This document shows positions 11,709 to 23,790 of a stretch of 55,315 nucleotides of DNA, in pieces (positions within the stretch are counted from its first letter, which is position 1; each line of letters starts with the position of its first letter). Where the stretch lies: NCBI RefSeq assembly GCF_001194135.2, contig NC_068982.1, positions 6,675,888 through 6,731,202 on the forward strand, given 5' to 3'. The notes beneath the pieces are model-generated. The model did no database searches, was not told the DNA's origin, and saw nothing but the letters and a program-made list of their open reading frames with translations. Both the position numbers and the translations under genes were made by a program. Source of the stretch: Octopus bimaculoides. Taxonomy: Eukaryota.

Positions 11709-13035
11709 TCAGGTTGTTCTGCAAATAATGGCCAATTTCAGAAACATAATTTTATTCTGGAAAAATTAACAATAGAAATGTTTTGATTAGTTAAAGTATG
11801 AGCCGTGAACATCTATGCATCTCTGCCATCGATCAATGAGAGTATTTATACCTCGTTGATTAAAACTTATTGGCTTTGATGTTAAGAAATCTTTGATAGC
11901 TGATTCCACCCCTGGTTGGAACCTGAAAGTTTTATCACTTAAAAACCTGTTTAAATGTTTAAAAAAATAATAATCAGTGGGTGAAAGATCAGGAGAATAT
12001 GGAGGATGTGGTAAAGTCTCATATTCTAAGTTTGTGAGTTTCTGCAGCATCATTCTTGCAATATGTGGCTTTGCATTATTCTGGAGCAGAATTGGGCCAT
12101 GCCGATTCACCAATGCAGGTCTCATTTTTTTGCAAGTGAGCATGCATTTCAGCGAGTTGATTGCAGTAAACGTCTGCTGTAATGCTCTGATTGGCTTCCA
12201 GAAACCTGNNNNNNNNNNAACGTCTGCTGTAATGCTCTGATTGGCTTCCAGAAACCTGTAATGGACAACACCAATTGCAGACCACCAGACAGTCACCATA
12301 ATCTTTTGCTGATGCAACTATGGCTTTGGGAAATGTTTGGAGGACTCATCACAATCAAGCCATTAACCTGATCGTTTACGGTTATCATAAAGGATCTGCT
12401 TTTCATCACAAGTGACTATTCGGTCAAGAAAAGGATCATTGGTGTTTCACAGAAAGAGCAACGAGCATGCTTCAAAATGCCAAAATTTTTGATTTTCCTT
12501 GAGCTTATGCAGTACCCATTTATCAAGATTTTTCCTTTTACCAATCTTCTGCAGATTGTGTGAGACCATTGCAATACCGACACCAAGTGCCTGAGACATT
12601 TCTTTGACTCTGGTTTTGTTCAACAATTGTTTTCAACTGTTCATTGTCAAGACTGCATGACTGTCCTCTACCTTCTTCATCTTCAAGGCTCTCGTCACCA
12701 CTACAGAATTTCTGAAACCCCCTTCATATTGTGCGATCACTTGTGGACCCCTCTCCGCATGTGCTGTTGATATTGGCAGCATTTCAGGAGGCATTGTGTC
12801 CAAGCTTGAACTCATACTAGAAAAGTAACCAAAGGTACTTTTTTGTCATATTCATATTTAAAGGTGCCTATGCTTCAAGAATGTTTTCCGTCTGAAATAA
12901 GTAGAAAATTATTAAAGAGCATACATCAATTATTAAGTAAGTTGAAATTCACCTAAAATATAATGAAAACACTATGATAAAATTGCGTTTCAAAACATAA
13001 CGCTCAGAGTGGCCATTATTTTCAGAACAACCTAA
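11709..13035 (-). mobile_element. Full-length decayed mariner (DD34D-type) transposon
   Basis: TA-tcaggttgttctgcaaataatggcc and ggccattattttcagaacaacctaa-TA TIRs. The ORF remnant at 11787-12317 contains MVTVWW, HPPYSPDLSPTDYYFF and RWQRCIDVHGSYF. Confidence 0.92.
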
Positions 13036-13339
13036 TATTTATCAATAATATAAACAATAGATTGGTGGGGCTCTAATCCTTGAAGGCAACTGGTAACAGC
13101 AACAGGTATGTAATGGTCTTGTATCTTGTTAGATCTCCCCAAAGAAGCTACATGTGTCGATTGAGAGTGAGTCAGAATGTAAATCATTAGTCATGGAAGG
13201 TTTCTTAGTCATCAAGAAATGCATAATTATCACATGCACATGCACGCACACATGTGTGCATCCATGCATGCACATGCAGGCACATGTTTCTATGGTGCTA
13301 AGAAGGGCATCAATAGAAACCATACCAAAACAGACAATG

Positions 13340-14140
13340 AAGCATGGTGCAGCTCTCCAGCCTTACCAGCTCCTGTCAAACTATCCAACCCATGCCAGCA
13401 TGGAAAATAACACACTTTGAATAATGATGACGATGATGACGATATGTGTGTGTCTTCAGGCATGGCTGTGTGGTAAGAAGCTTGGTTCTTAACCACATGG
13501 TTCTGGGTTCAGTCCCACTTTGTGGCACCTTGAGAAAATGTCTTCTACTGTAGCTTTGGGCCGACCAAAGCCTTGTGAGCGGATTTGGTAGATGGAAACT
13601 GAAAGAAGCCTGTAATATATATATGTATATATTCATGTGTGTATGTTTGTCCCACCCCACCCCACCATCACTTGACAACCAATGTTGGTATGTTTACGTC
13701 CCTGTAACTTAGCGCTTCAGATGAAGAGATTGATAGAATAAGCACCAGTGTTACATAGAATGAGTCCAAGGGGTCATTTTTTTTCAACTAAAAGGCAGTG
13801 CTCCAGCATGGCCACAATCAGTTGACTGAAATAAGTAAAAGAGTATAGCCTTGGGCTGACCAAAGCCTTGTGAGTGGATTTGGTAGACGGAAACTGAAAG
13901 AAGCCTGTCGTATATATATGTATATGTTTGTGTGTCTGTGTTTGTCCCCCCCACCACCACCATCATCACTTGACAACCGATGTTGGTATGTTTGCATTCC
14001 CGTAACTTAGCTGTTTGGCAAAAGATACCGATAGAATAAGTACTGGGCATACAGAGAATAAGTTGTGGGGTCTGTTTGTTTGACTAAAGGTGGTGCTCCA
14101 GCATGGCCACAGTCAAATGACTGAAACAAGTAAAAGAATA
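13340..14140 (+). mobile_element. RTE tail (13340-13440) followed by two tandem SINE-A copies
   Basis: tccaacccatgccagcatggaaa...gatgatgac, then head/tail motifs of SINE-A twice. Confidence 0.8.
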
Positions 14141-15407
14141 TATGTATGTATATATTTACCTGGGTATCATTAAATCGGAATTACTTTTCAGTGTTAAGCT
14201 CTAAGGTTTTGGCAGGTTGGGATGTCAGATTTGAGTCTTGTCCAAACTTGTAGAGGAGGAAACATCCAAATGTTATGGAAACCTACTGGTTTTATAAAAC
14301 CCATTCATTTAAAATTAGTTTGGTTACAAATAATTACAATAATCTCTCTATTTCTTTAAAGAATTAACAGAAATGAGAATCTTGCGAAAGAGTCAATTCT
14401 AAAAGGCATGTAAACCAATTTAAGACCTTTTGTGATGTCTCTATTTCTTTATATACCCTTATGATAGATCTTATTCAGTTTCTGACACTCATTATTTAAT
14501 TCCTTATAAATCCTATTTTTAATCTCTCGTCTAATCATACCTTTTTTTTATATTATTTCTGGTCATTTAATCTTCTTAGCGAATCCTTTAAGCTATGCCA
14601 ATAAAATCAGCTTCTTCAGCTTTACTATTCACATGACTACCCCTACCCAAACCAATATCTGCATATCATCTGCGATGGTTTGGTATCCAGTAAATTCACA
14701 ATGTGAAGTTTGCTGATTTTTGCCAACAGAACATTATTGCTTTCCTTAGACTCCAATGTTTTTCCATTATATTACGTATTTAATATGACATATTTGAATG
14801 AAAATAATTCTTTATTGGCCTCTCAAATAATTCAAACTCATTTGACTAAGCATTATCTAAAATTTATCGAGAGATACAAGTTTATAACACACAGCAGGCC
14901 TTTTCATAGAGAATGTATACAAACTAGAATTGATTGCCAACTGAGTTAGATTGTCAAGTCAAATGCAGCCAACCAATTGAAAAATATTGGAAGAATAATA
15001 AATTTGAAACAGCACCTTTCTAATATGCTGAAAGAGATCAGTACAAATGAATTGGAAAGAATTGACCTGCCTATCAACTGTAAAAACTGTAAATTAAAGT
15101 ATGACTACAGTGCAGCTGGTTCTGTCTTCATCACAGTATCACAGTAGGAATAAACTGTGGTGATTTCATATTGTCTTTCCTAAGAAGCTTAAAGAGCTTA
15201 AGATATAGGATGTGTGATGCTCATGCTTTTCCAAGTGAATTGAGGTGGAATAACAAATTAAGAAATTCAAACCAGGCCATGACCTCAGTTTACTGGGAGT
15301 TTGCTGTCTATTTCCTGCTGCTCAGTCAAGTTAAAAGTTCACATCCAATGGAATCATACATTTTGCATTGACCATTTTTCAATGTTATGTATAATAAGAT
15401 TTTATAA

Positions 15408-16085
15408 ATACACACACATGACAGAAGTAAATAGACACCTCATAAAACATCGTTTTATATTTATTCTAACTTTTAAGGGTTTGTAATTTTTATTAATTGG
15501 TATTCGAATGTTTCAGGTTCTATATACGACTGTTTAATCATGCCATGTACAAAAGAAGCCTAGGAACTGTCTGAATTCCAAAGAGGCTGTACTGTGGGTT
15601 ATTCTGAAGGTGGACATAGCATTAAATCGCAGAAAACCTTGGGATCCCACTTTCTACAGTTAAATTCTACAGACTGTGAAATTCACCAGAGAAGGGAAGG
15701 AGTCCACATCACCTCACCCAGATCAACCAGTGCCCTCTGACTGGACCCTTATTTTTGTTAAGAGACATGTGAAGGATGATGCTAATTGCAAGGCCTCTGA
15801 CATAGCAGAACAAGTTGACGTCAGTCCCAGAACAGCTGTCAGGTATCTCCACAAACTTAGCTACTATGGCAGAGCAGCAAGAAGGAAGCCACTTCTTTGA
15901 CCAGCCAACACCAAGCAAAGAAAAGACCAGGCTAGTTGTTATATTTTCTTGAGTCCAGATTTGCTGTATTTCCTGACAGTGGTTGAGTGTTGGTCTGGAG
16001 ACTGTGATCAAGATTTTGATGTGAAAAGAGTGCAGCCAACAATGAAAAACGGCAGCTATTCTGTGATGGTCTGAGGAGCAATTTG
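15408..16085 (+). mobile_element. Tc1-like transposon 5' portion, internally deleted
   Basis: Possible TIR ta-cacacacatgacagaagtaaatagacacc. Translation gives ELSEFQRG, SPRTAVRYLHKLSYYGRAARRKPLL and VQPTMKNGSYSVMV*GAIW (cf. TVKHGGGSVMVWG). Confidence 0.75.
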
Positions 16086-16094
16086 GAGCAATGA

Positions 16095-16935
16095 TTGATC
16101 AGAGCCATATTGTAGAACTTCTAGTTAGCCAGAAAACTGCCTGCAACCATTTGCATGTGATTGGAAAATCAAAAATGCTCAACTAATGGGTACCACATGA
16201 TTTGAATGAAAATCAGAAAATGCGCAGATATGAAATTTGCTCATCACTTCTCCATAACCAGACCAATCTATTTCTCGACCTTATTGTAACTTGCAATGAA
16301 AAGTGGATTCTGTACAATAAAAACGTTCTATGCAGTGGTTGGACCAAAATGAAGCACCAAAAACCTTCCCTAAACCCGAGCTCTTCAAAGAGAAGGCTAT
16401 GGTGACTGTTTGATGGCATACTGCTGTACTCATCCACTATAACTTCTTAAAACTCAGAGAAACCATTACAGCAGAAACATATCGCCATGAAATTGCCAAA
16501 CTGAATTGAAAACTGCTCCTCCTCCATCCTGGGCTGAACAGCAGAAGAGGGCCAGTCATTCTTCATGACAATGCCCAACCACACGTTTTACTAATGGTGC
16601 TCCAGATGTTGAAGGAACTTGGCTACGAAGTTCTTCCCCAGCTTATTTCTCAGACCTTTCTCCTACCGGCTACCACTTTTCCAAGCACCTTGATGGTTTT
16701 TTTGCGAAAGAAGGAGTTAAAAAATCAAACCAATGCAGAAAGTGCGCTCAAAAGAGTTCATCAGCTCCAGAACTCCTGATTTTGATGTTAACGGAATAAA
16801 TAAACTCGTAGCTTGTTGGCAAAAATGTGCTGATTGTAATGGTACTTACTTTGAGGAATAGAATTTCTGCATTGTTGAAATATATTGTGATGAATTTCAT
16901 GTTTCAAAACGTTGCTTACTTTTTACTCAGCCTGA
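16095..16935 (+). mobile_element. 5'-truncated mariner transposon
   Basis: WVPHDLNENQKMRRYEIC and IVTCNEKWILY motifs, HDNAQPH, and a right TIR gttgcttactttttactcagcctga-TA. Confidence 0.85.
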
Positions 16936-17003
16936 TACATATACATACGCATATGTATATATACGGATATATGTATATATACAGATATATATATATATAT
17001 ATA

Positions 17004-17287
17004 NNNNNNNNNNNNNNNNNNNNNNNNNNNNNNNNNNNNNNNNNNNNNNNNNNNNNNNNNNNNNNNNNNNNNNNNNNNNNNNNNNNNNNNNNNNNNNNNN
17101 NNNNNNNNNNNNNNNNNNNNNNNNNNNNNNNNNNNNNNNNNNNNNNNNNNNNNNNNNNNNNNNNNNNNNNNNNNNNNNNNNNNNNNNNNNNNNNNNNNNN
17201 NNNNNNNNNNNNNNNNNNNNNNNNNNNNNNNNNNNNNNNNNNNNNNNNNNNNNNNNNNNNNNNNNNNNNNNNNNNNNNNNNNNNNNN
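17004..17287. other. Assembly gap
   Basis: N run inside (TA)n. Confidence 1.
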
Positions 17288-17443
17288 TATATATATATTT
17301 ATATAAATGAGGATAAGATCAATATTTAAAATATTGATTTTATCAAGTGGCCAGCATGGGAATAAAAACCATCAAAAGTAATAATTATTTAAATAGCTTT
17401 GACTTCTATTTTCAGCGTGGTCGTGTCTCTTAGATACCCTAAA

Positions 17444-17487
<44 letters not shown>

Positions 17488-18099
17488 CAATGCATTTCAA
17501 ACCCTTCTTTCAAAGTTTCCTTTTACTTCTGCTGCACTAGCTGTGACCCAAAAGATTAATCTTCTCCCAGCAAACCAGCTTATACCATTTTTGTCTTAAT
17601 CCGATTTCTTTTAAAACAATACAACACTAACACTAACCTACCAATTCTAGTTACAGTTATGCAACTTTCATAGAACAAACATTTTGTTATTTAGAAATTC
17701 GTCTGAGTGCAAAGAGTGGAGAGAAACCATTGAATTTACATTACCAGACAGTAATTCATGTTCTCTTACACCAATTTTGATTAAAGCAATTTTCTAAAAC
17801 AACTTTGATATGGTTTGCATCTGGTTTTAGAGGTTTCTTCTGAATACTTCTGATAAAGCTACATATTAGTCGTTGATTTACGAATTGTTTTCTTACACCC
17901 ACCAACCGGATGTGTTGAATGTGATCGACAAACTAATAATTGTCTTGTATTCTATTCGCTTCACACCTTCACACAAATACATTTTCACACACAGTGAATT
18001 GGTAGAGTTGTTGCTTAATTTTAAAGAAACCCTAAATAAGAAAGTCCAATAATCAAACAAACTCTTTTTTTCTTTTGCTTTTTTTATTTTTAAAGAATA

Positions 18100-18264
18100 G
18101 GTGTGACTTCGTGATAAGAGGCTTGCTTCCCTACCACATGGTTCAGAGTTCAGTCCCACCATATGGCACCTTGGAAAGTGTCTTCTACTATAGCCTTGGG
18201 ATGACCAAATTCTTCTGAATAGATTTGGTAGATGGAAACTGAAAGAAGCCTGTTGTATATATAT

Positions 18265-18304
<40 letters not shown>

Positions 18305-18380
18305 GAGACTTGTCATTATCAGTCTCAATGTAGTTGATTGATCTACTAGAAACAGCAGCAAAATCTCTGTCCCTCAAACC
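18100..18380 (+). mobile_element. SINE-A head with (TG)n and an alternative tail
   Basis: cttgcttccctaccacatggttcagagttcagtccc...ggaaactgaaagaagcc. Confidence 0.7.
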
Positions 18381-18439
18381 ACACATTGCTCTCAAGCAAA
18401 TAAAAAAAAAGAAAAAAGAAATAAAAGAAACATCTGATA

Positions 18440-18930
18440 ATGTACATTATTTACATTATTTACATTTGATGGATATTTGTCCTCATCTTGTTTGTTGTTA
18501 ACACAACATTTCGGGTGATATACCCTCCAGCCTTCTTCAGGTGTCTTGGGGAAATTTCGAACCTGGGTTCTCATTCCTAAGGTATTCTTCGATGTTATTA
18601 TTATTAATTTTATTATTTATTATTATTATTATCATTTTTATTATTCAGGTCACTGCCTGGAATCGAACTCGGAATCTTGGAGTTAGTAGTCCTCACTCTT
18701 AACCACTACGCATATGCCCATTTGCATATGGCGTATTGGTTAAGAGTGCAGGCTACTAACCCCAAGATTCCGAGTTCGATTCCAGGCAGTGACCTTAATA
18801 ATAGTAATAGCAACACCGAAAAATACCTTAGGAATGAGAACCCAGGTTCAAAATTTCCCCAAGACACCTGATGAAGGCTGGAAGGTATATCAGCCGAAAC
18901 GGTGTGTTAACAACAAACAAGATCAATCAA
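18440..18930. mobile_element. Head-to-head SINE-C pair (minus ~18440-18718, plus ~18724-18930)
   Basis: Two tRNA-like heads diverge from gcatatgcccatttgcatatgg. HHR motifs at 18500-18545 (-) and 18863-18908 (+; triplet mutated to GGU). Confidence 0.9.
18724..18797 (+). promoter_or_regulatory. tRNA-derived SINE head with intact Pol III A and B boxes
   Basis: tggcgtattgg (A box), gggctactaacccc-like arm, gagttcgattcc (B box). It is a SINE head, not a functional tRNA. Confidence 0.7.
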
Positions 18931-19710
18931 ACAAATATCAATCATCCCAATTATCAATTAATTAGCTGCGTACTGTTTGTGATGAAAATGCTTGCAAAGA
19001 GTTAAAAGTGGTATAAGAATAGCTGGCATCAATAAACAAACAATTACGAATGCTGTTTGTATAAAACAAAGATTTAGACTCATGTGATCCTCTCTACTGG
19101 AATATTGGAAAGTATACTGAGGTGAAATATCTTACAGAATTATTGTATATTAATGGACATTTTCTATACATTTAAAAAGTTTGGAGTGCTGCAGACATGC
19201 AAACACGAAATAAAATATCAGGAAAATGTCACCAACTAACTTTTAATTTCATCTGATCATTCCATTAATGTAAATGGTTGATTAGTAACTATCAGAATTC
19301 ATTCATTCATCAAATTACCTGGTAATTAATTGCTTAGTGAAACTGTTGTAAACTTTACATTTAATCTGGTAAAGTGAAGGAAATATAATAAAAGAAATTA
19401 TTTCATGTGAACAAAATCTAGATTTAAGTTGCTTTGAGAACAGTAGGAAAAAATATTTGACTGATATTTGTCCTCATCTTGCTTGTTGTTAACACAGTGT
19501 TTCAGCTGATATACCCTCCAGCCTTCATCAGGTGTCTTGGGGAAATTTCGAACCTGGGTTCTCATTCCTAAGGTATTTTTCCATGTTATTATTATTCCAA
19601 AGGGTACATAGCATAATGGTTAAGAGTGCAAGCTACTAACCCCAAGATTCCGACTTCGATTCCAAGCAGTGACCTGAATAATAATAATAATAATAATAAC
19701 AATAATAATA

Positions 19711-20120
19711 AGGCCAATAGGCCAGATATAGTTATCAGAAAGGCTTTCTAATCGATGTATCAATACCAACAGACGACAACATTTCTTTAAAAGAAACGGA
19801 GAAACTTTCAAAATACAAAAACCTGGAAATAGAAGTAACTTGAATGTGGAATCTAAAAGTAGAAACAATTCCTGTCATAATAGGTGCATTAGGTATGATA
19901 AAAAAATATTCAGACGAATACGTAACAAAAACACCAGGACTTACAAATATATATAACATACAGAAAATAGAAATACTAGGCACTGCACGCATCCTATGTA
20001 AAACACTTTCCATACAGTAACCATAAGAGCATCACAACAAACCACAGCACAAACGCAAGGCACACAGAGCTGTGCTTGGTAGTGAAGTGAAAGCATGTTA
20101 TAAAATAAAACTACTGAATA
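19711..20120 (+). mobile_element. 5'-truncated R4/Dong-like LINE (restriction-like endonuclease domain) within (AAT)n
   Basis: KANRPDIVIR / FLIDVSIPTDDNISLKETEKLSKYKNLEIEVT*MWNLKVETIPVIIGALG..., a PD..D..K..KY pattern. (AAT)n lies on both sides. Confidence 0.8.
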
Positions 20121-20212
20121 ACAATAATAATAATAATAATAATAATTATAATTATAATAATAACATCAACAAATACCTTAGGAATGTGAACCCAGGTTTG
20201 AAATTTTCCCAA

Positions 20213-20258
20213 GACACCTGATGAAGGCTGGAGGGTATATCAGCCGAAACGTTGTGTT
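20213..20258 (+). ncRNA. Minimal type I hammerhead ribozyme, intact (SINE-C)
   Basis: GACAC-CUGAUGA-A-GGCUG-GAGGGUAUAU-CAGCC-GAAAC-GUU-GUGUU: stem I GACAC/GUGUU, stem II GGCUG/CAGCC, palindromic AACGUU stem III. Confidence 0.85.
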
Positions 20259-20819
20259 AACAACAAACAAGATGAGGATAAATATCCGTCAAATGTAAAT
20301 AATGTAAATAATTCCTCATCTCTTAAATATAGAACTGTAGTAGGAAAAAAGACAAACATATCATTATCATCATTATCGTTTAACATCTGTTTTCGATGCT
20401 GGCATGGGTCGGATGCTTTGACTGAGGTCTAGAGAGCCAACAGCTGCAGTAGGCTCCTATTTGATCTGGCAATGTTTCTAGAGCTGGATCAGATTGGAGT
20501 CTGGTGTGTGTGTTGCACGTATGTATGTGCATGTGAGTGTATGTGTGTGTGTGTGTGTGTGTCTGTGTTTGTCCCCAGCAGCTCTCCCAATTCTTGTACT
20601 TGTTTGAGCTATCTGACTGTGCCCATGCTGTGACAAATCAACCCCAGTACTTATCTTTTTAAAGTCGGGTACTTATTTTATCAGTCTCTTCTTCTGAACT
20701 GCTAAATTACTGGAATGTAAACAAACCAGCATCAGGTGTTAAGTGGTGATGGGGACAAACACAGAGAAAAACACACATACACTCACACACATACACCCAC
20801 ACACGAGCACACACACTAT

Positions 20820-20850
<31 letters not shown>

Positions 20851-20941
20851 ACTCACACACTTGCACACAAACACAAACTAGAATAGATGCCATACGGAGA
20901 GTGGGCGAATCTTAGTCTTCCAATCAAAATCAAATATATTC

Positions 20942-21410
20942 AAGTGGCTGAGTTCCTTTTAAGTGTTGGGCCTCATGGAGGCAAGTGGCAAAGTTTCTAT
21001 CTCGCGTTGGGCCTCACAGAGGTAAGATGGTGGAGTTCTTTTTGAGCATTGGGCCCCATGGGGGCAAAGTGGCTGATTTCCTTTTGAGTGTTGGGCCTTA
21101 CGGAAGCAATGACCTAGACCTTTGGCATTATGTCATGCTTGAGAAGATCCATCAAGTTGAGCAAAATCACAGCCATGGCAGATACCAGTGTCACACAAAT
21201 GGCACCCATGCTGGTGCCACATAAAAGCACCCACTACACTCTCAGAGTGATTGGCATTAGGAAGTGCATCCAGCTGTAGAAAACCATTCCAAATCAGACT
21301 GGAGCCTGGTGCAGCCTTCCAGCGTCCCAGTCCAGTCAAATCATCCAACCCATGCCAGCATGGACAACGGACATTAAAGGATGATGATGATGATGATGAT
21401 GATGATCTTG
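20942..21410 (+). mobile_element. RTE-derived short element with ~4 tandem 41-bp head units
   Basis: Unit aagtggctgagttccttttgagtgttgggcctcatggaggc, then LGLTEAMT-like sequence and the RTE tail with (GAT)n. Confidence 0.75.
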
Positions 21411-21439
21411 TTTCCTCAATTACTTGAAAACCATTCCGA

Positions 21440-21885
21440 TGCAGATATTTGGCTTTGAAAGTAAGCTCTTCATGTGTGTATGTGACTTTGTGTCTCTTTG
21501 TTTTGACATTGCATGATAATTGTAAATGAGTATCACTGTTAGACAAGCAGTGTTGTTCATTTCCAATGTGCTGTGAAAACAATGTCTGGCTATGGGGAAA
21601 TATTGCCTTGCTTGGAAATGGACAGGAAATGCATGCCAGCTGTAGCAAATCTCCCCCAAATAAACTCTCTCTAATACATGCAACCATGGAGAAGTCAATG
21701 TGAAATAACGATGATGATACAAAACAGGCTTCTTTCAGTTTCCATAAATCAAATCCACTTACAAGGCTTTGGTCAACTTGAGGCTATAGCAGAAGACACT
21801 TGCCCAAGCTGCCACACAGTGGGACTGAACCCCAAACCTTATGGTTGGGAAGCAAACTCCTTATCAAACAGCTGCGACTGCACCT
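21440..21885. mobile_element. SINE-A variant body with RTE-like tail (+), then SINE-A head (-)
   Basis: Body similar to 53560-53780; 21722-21885 is the reverse of the SINE-A head. Confidence 0.65.
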
Positions 21886-22284
21886 CTATATGCATTTGTT
21901 CATGCAAGCATTGTTGTCTTTTTTCATCTCTTCTACTCTCCATGAAACACACCCATGAATATGTATGATAAACCGTATATCTTAATGTGGATGTATTGTA
22001 AGAAAGCCATCGCACTGCAAATATTCATCTCGTATTAATAAACAGTGCTGGAAAGCATAAAGATGATGACTCGAAATCAGTCGAAGATGAAAGAATGGAT
22101 AATGATATGTTTCAAAAGAGGTGGTCATGGTTCTCAATGGATGATGGCAGTAATGATGCAATATTGGTGTTATGTTCACAGATTGACAATTCCACATAAT
22201 ATTCTTGGTTTTAAGAGTTTCTGTCAGTAGTTTACAGTCCATAAAAGTATACACACACACACACACATATATCTATTCCCATCC

Positions 22285-22316
<32 letters not shown>

Positions 22317-22439
22317 ATACACATACACACGTACATATATATACACATATACACACATATATATATATATATATATGTGTGTGTGTATGTATGTATGTAT
22401 GTATGTATATACACACACATGTACACACACATACATATA

Positions 22440-22682
22440 GTACTGGCACTATATCGGTTACGACAATGAGGGTTCCAGTTGATCTGATCAACTGAACAGC
22501 CTGCCTGTGAAATTAACGTGCAACCAACTGGCTGAGTACTCCACAGAAGTCACACGAACACTTAACGTAGTTCTCATGGAGATTCAGTGTGACAAGGCTG
22601 GTCCTCGAATTACTGGTACTACTCATTTTTTACCAGCTGAGTGGACTGGAGCAACGTGAAATAAAGTGTCTTGCTCAAGGAC
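22440..22682 (-). mobile_element. SINE family E variant with a different tail
   Basis: ccagctgagtggactggagcaacgtgaaataaagtgtcttgctcaagga; the tail is also seen near 41940-42020. Confidence 0.65.
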
Positions 22683-22728
22683 AGAATGAATCAGTTAGGG
22701 TATCATACACATACGCATATATATATAT

Positions 22729-22779
<51 letters not shown>

Positions 22780-22829
22780 GTCATAAACACACATGCACAC
22801 ATTTATCACTCACAGGATGGAATATATTT

Positions 22830-23016
22830 TTTTATTTGTTTCAGTCATTTGACTGCAGCCATGCTGGAGCACTGCCTTTCATTGAACAAATCCACTCACA
22901 AGCTTTAATCAGCCCAAGACTATAGCAGAAGACACCCAAATTGTCACACAGTGGGACTGAACCTGGAACCATGTGGTTGGTAAGCAAGCTACTTACCACA
23001 CAGCCACTCCTGTGCC

Positions 23017-23050
<34 letters not shown>

Positions 23051-23790
23051 NNNNNNNNNNNNNNNNNNNNNNNNNNNNNNNNNNNNNNNNNNNNNNNNNN
23101 NNNNNNNNNNNNNNNNNNNNNNNNNNNNNNNNNNNNNNNNNNNNNNNNNNNNNNNNNNNNNNNNNNNNNNNNNNNNNNNNNNNNNNNNNNNNNNNNNNNN
23201 NNNNNNNNNNNNNNNNNNNNNNNNNNNNNNNNNNNNNNNNNNNNNNNNNNNNNNNNNNNNNNNNNNNNNNNNNNNNNNNNNNNNNNNNNNNNNNNNNNNN
23301 NNNNNNNNNNNNNNNNNNNNNNNNNNNNNNNNNNNNNNNNNNNNNNNNNNNNNNNNNNNNNNNNNNNNNNNNNNNNNNNNNNNNNNNNNNNNNNNNNNNN
23401 NGTTTCAGTCATTCGACTGTGGCCATGCTGGAGCACTGCCTTTTAGTCAAGCAAATCGACCTCAGAACTTATTCTTTGTAAGCGTAGTAAATACTGTATC
23501 GGTTGTTTTGTTGAACCGCTAAGTTATGAGGACGTAAACACACCAGCATTGGTTGTCAAACGATGTTGGGGGGACAAACACAGACACAGAAACATATACA
23601 GACACATACATATATATACATGTAAACAACAGGCTTCTTTCAGTTTCCATCTACCAAATCCACTCACAAGGCTTTGGTCAGCTTGAGGCTATAGTCGAAG
23701 ACACTTGCCCAAGGTGCCACACTGTGGGACTGAACCCAGAACCATGTAGTTGGAAAGCAATTTTCTTACCACACAGCCACTGCTGCGCCT
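22830..23790 (-). mobile_element. Two SINE-A copies flanking a gap (23051-23401)
   Basis: gtttcagtcatttgactg...gctggagcactgcc tails and reverse heads. Confidence 0.75.

Larger units (their letters stand above)
19442..20350. mobile_element. Composite: inverted SINE-C tail, forward SINE-C and nested Dong-like fragment, bounded by a 12-bp direct repeat
   Basis: agtaggaaaaaa at 19442-19453 and 20339-20350. HHR motif at 19491-19536 (-, mutated). Confidence 0.8.

Noticed and set aside
12169-12258. 40-bp direct duplication inside the mariner ORF
   Set aside because: It flanks a 10-N gap exactly, which is a contig-overlap artefact.
14085-14140. SINE-A tail AGTC-AAAT-GACT-GAAAC-AA-GTA resembles the stem II/III half of a hammerhead
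   Set aside because: No CUGANGA core or stem I upstream in any copy here; at most a remote relic.
14300-14950. Possible LINE or PLE relic (IADDMQILV on the minus strand; a CUGAAGA-AGCU...AGCU motif)
   Set aside because: No further RT motifs and no GAAA after the stem; too weak to call.
18724-18797. tRNA gene with ACT anticodon
   Set aside because: The acceptor stem does not pair and the sequence is the head of a multi-copy SINE.
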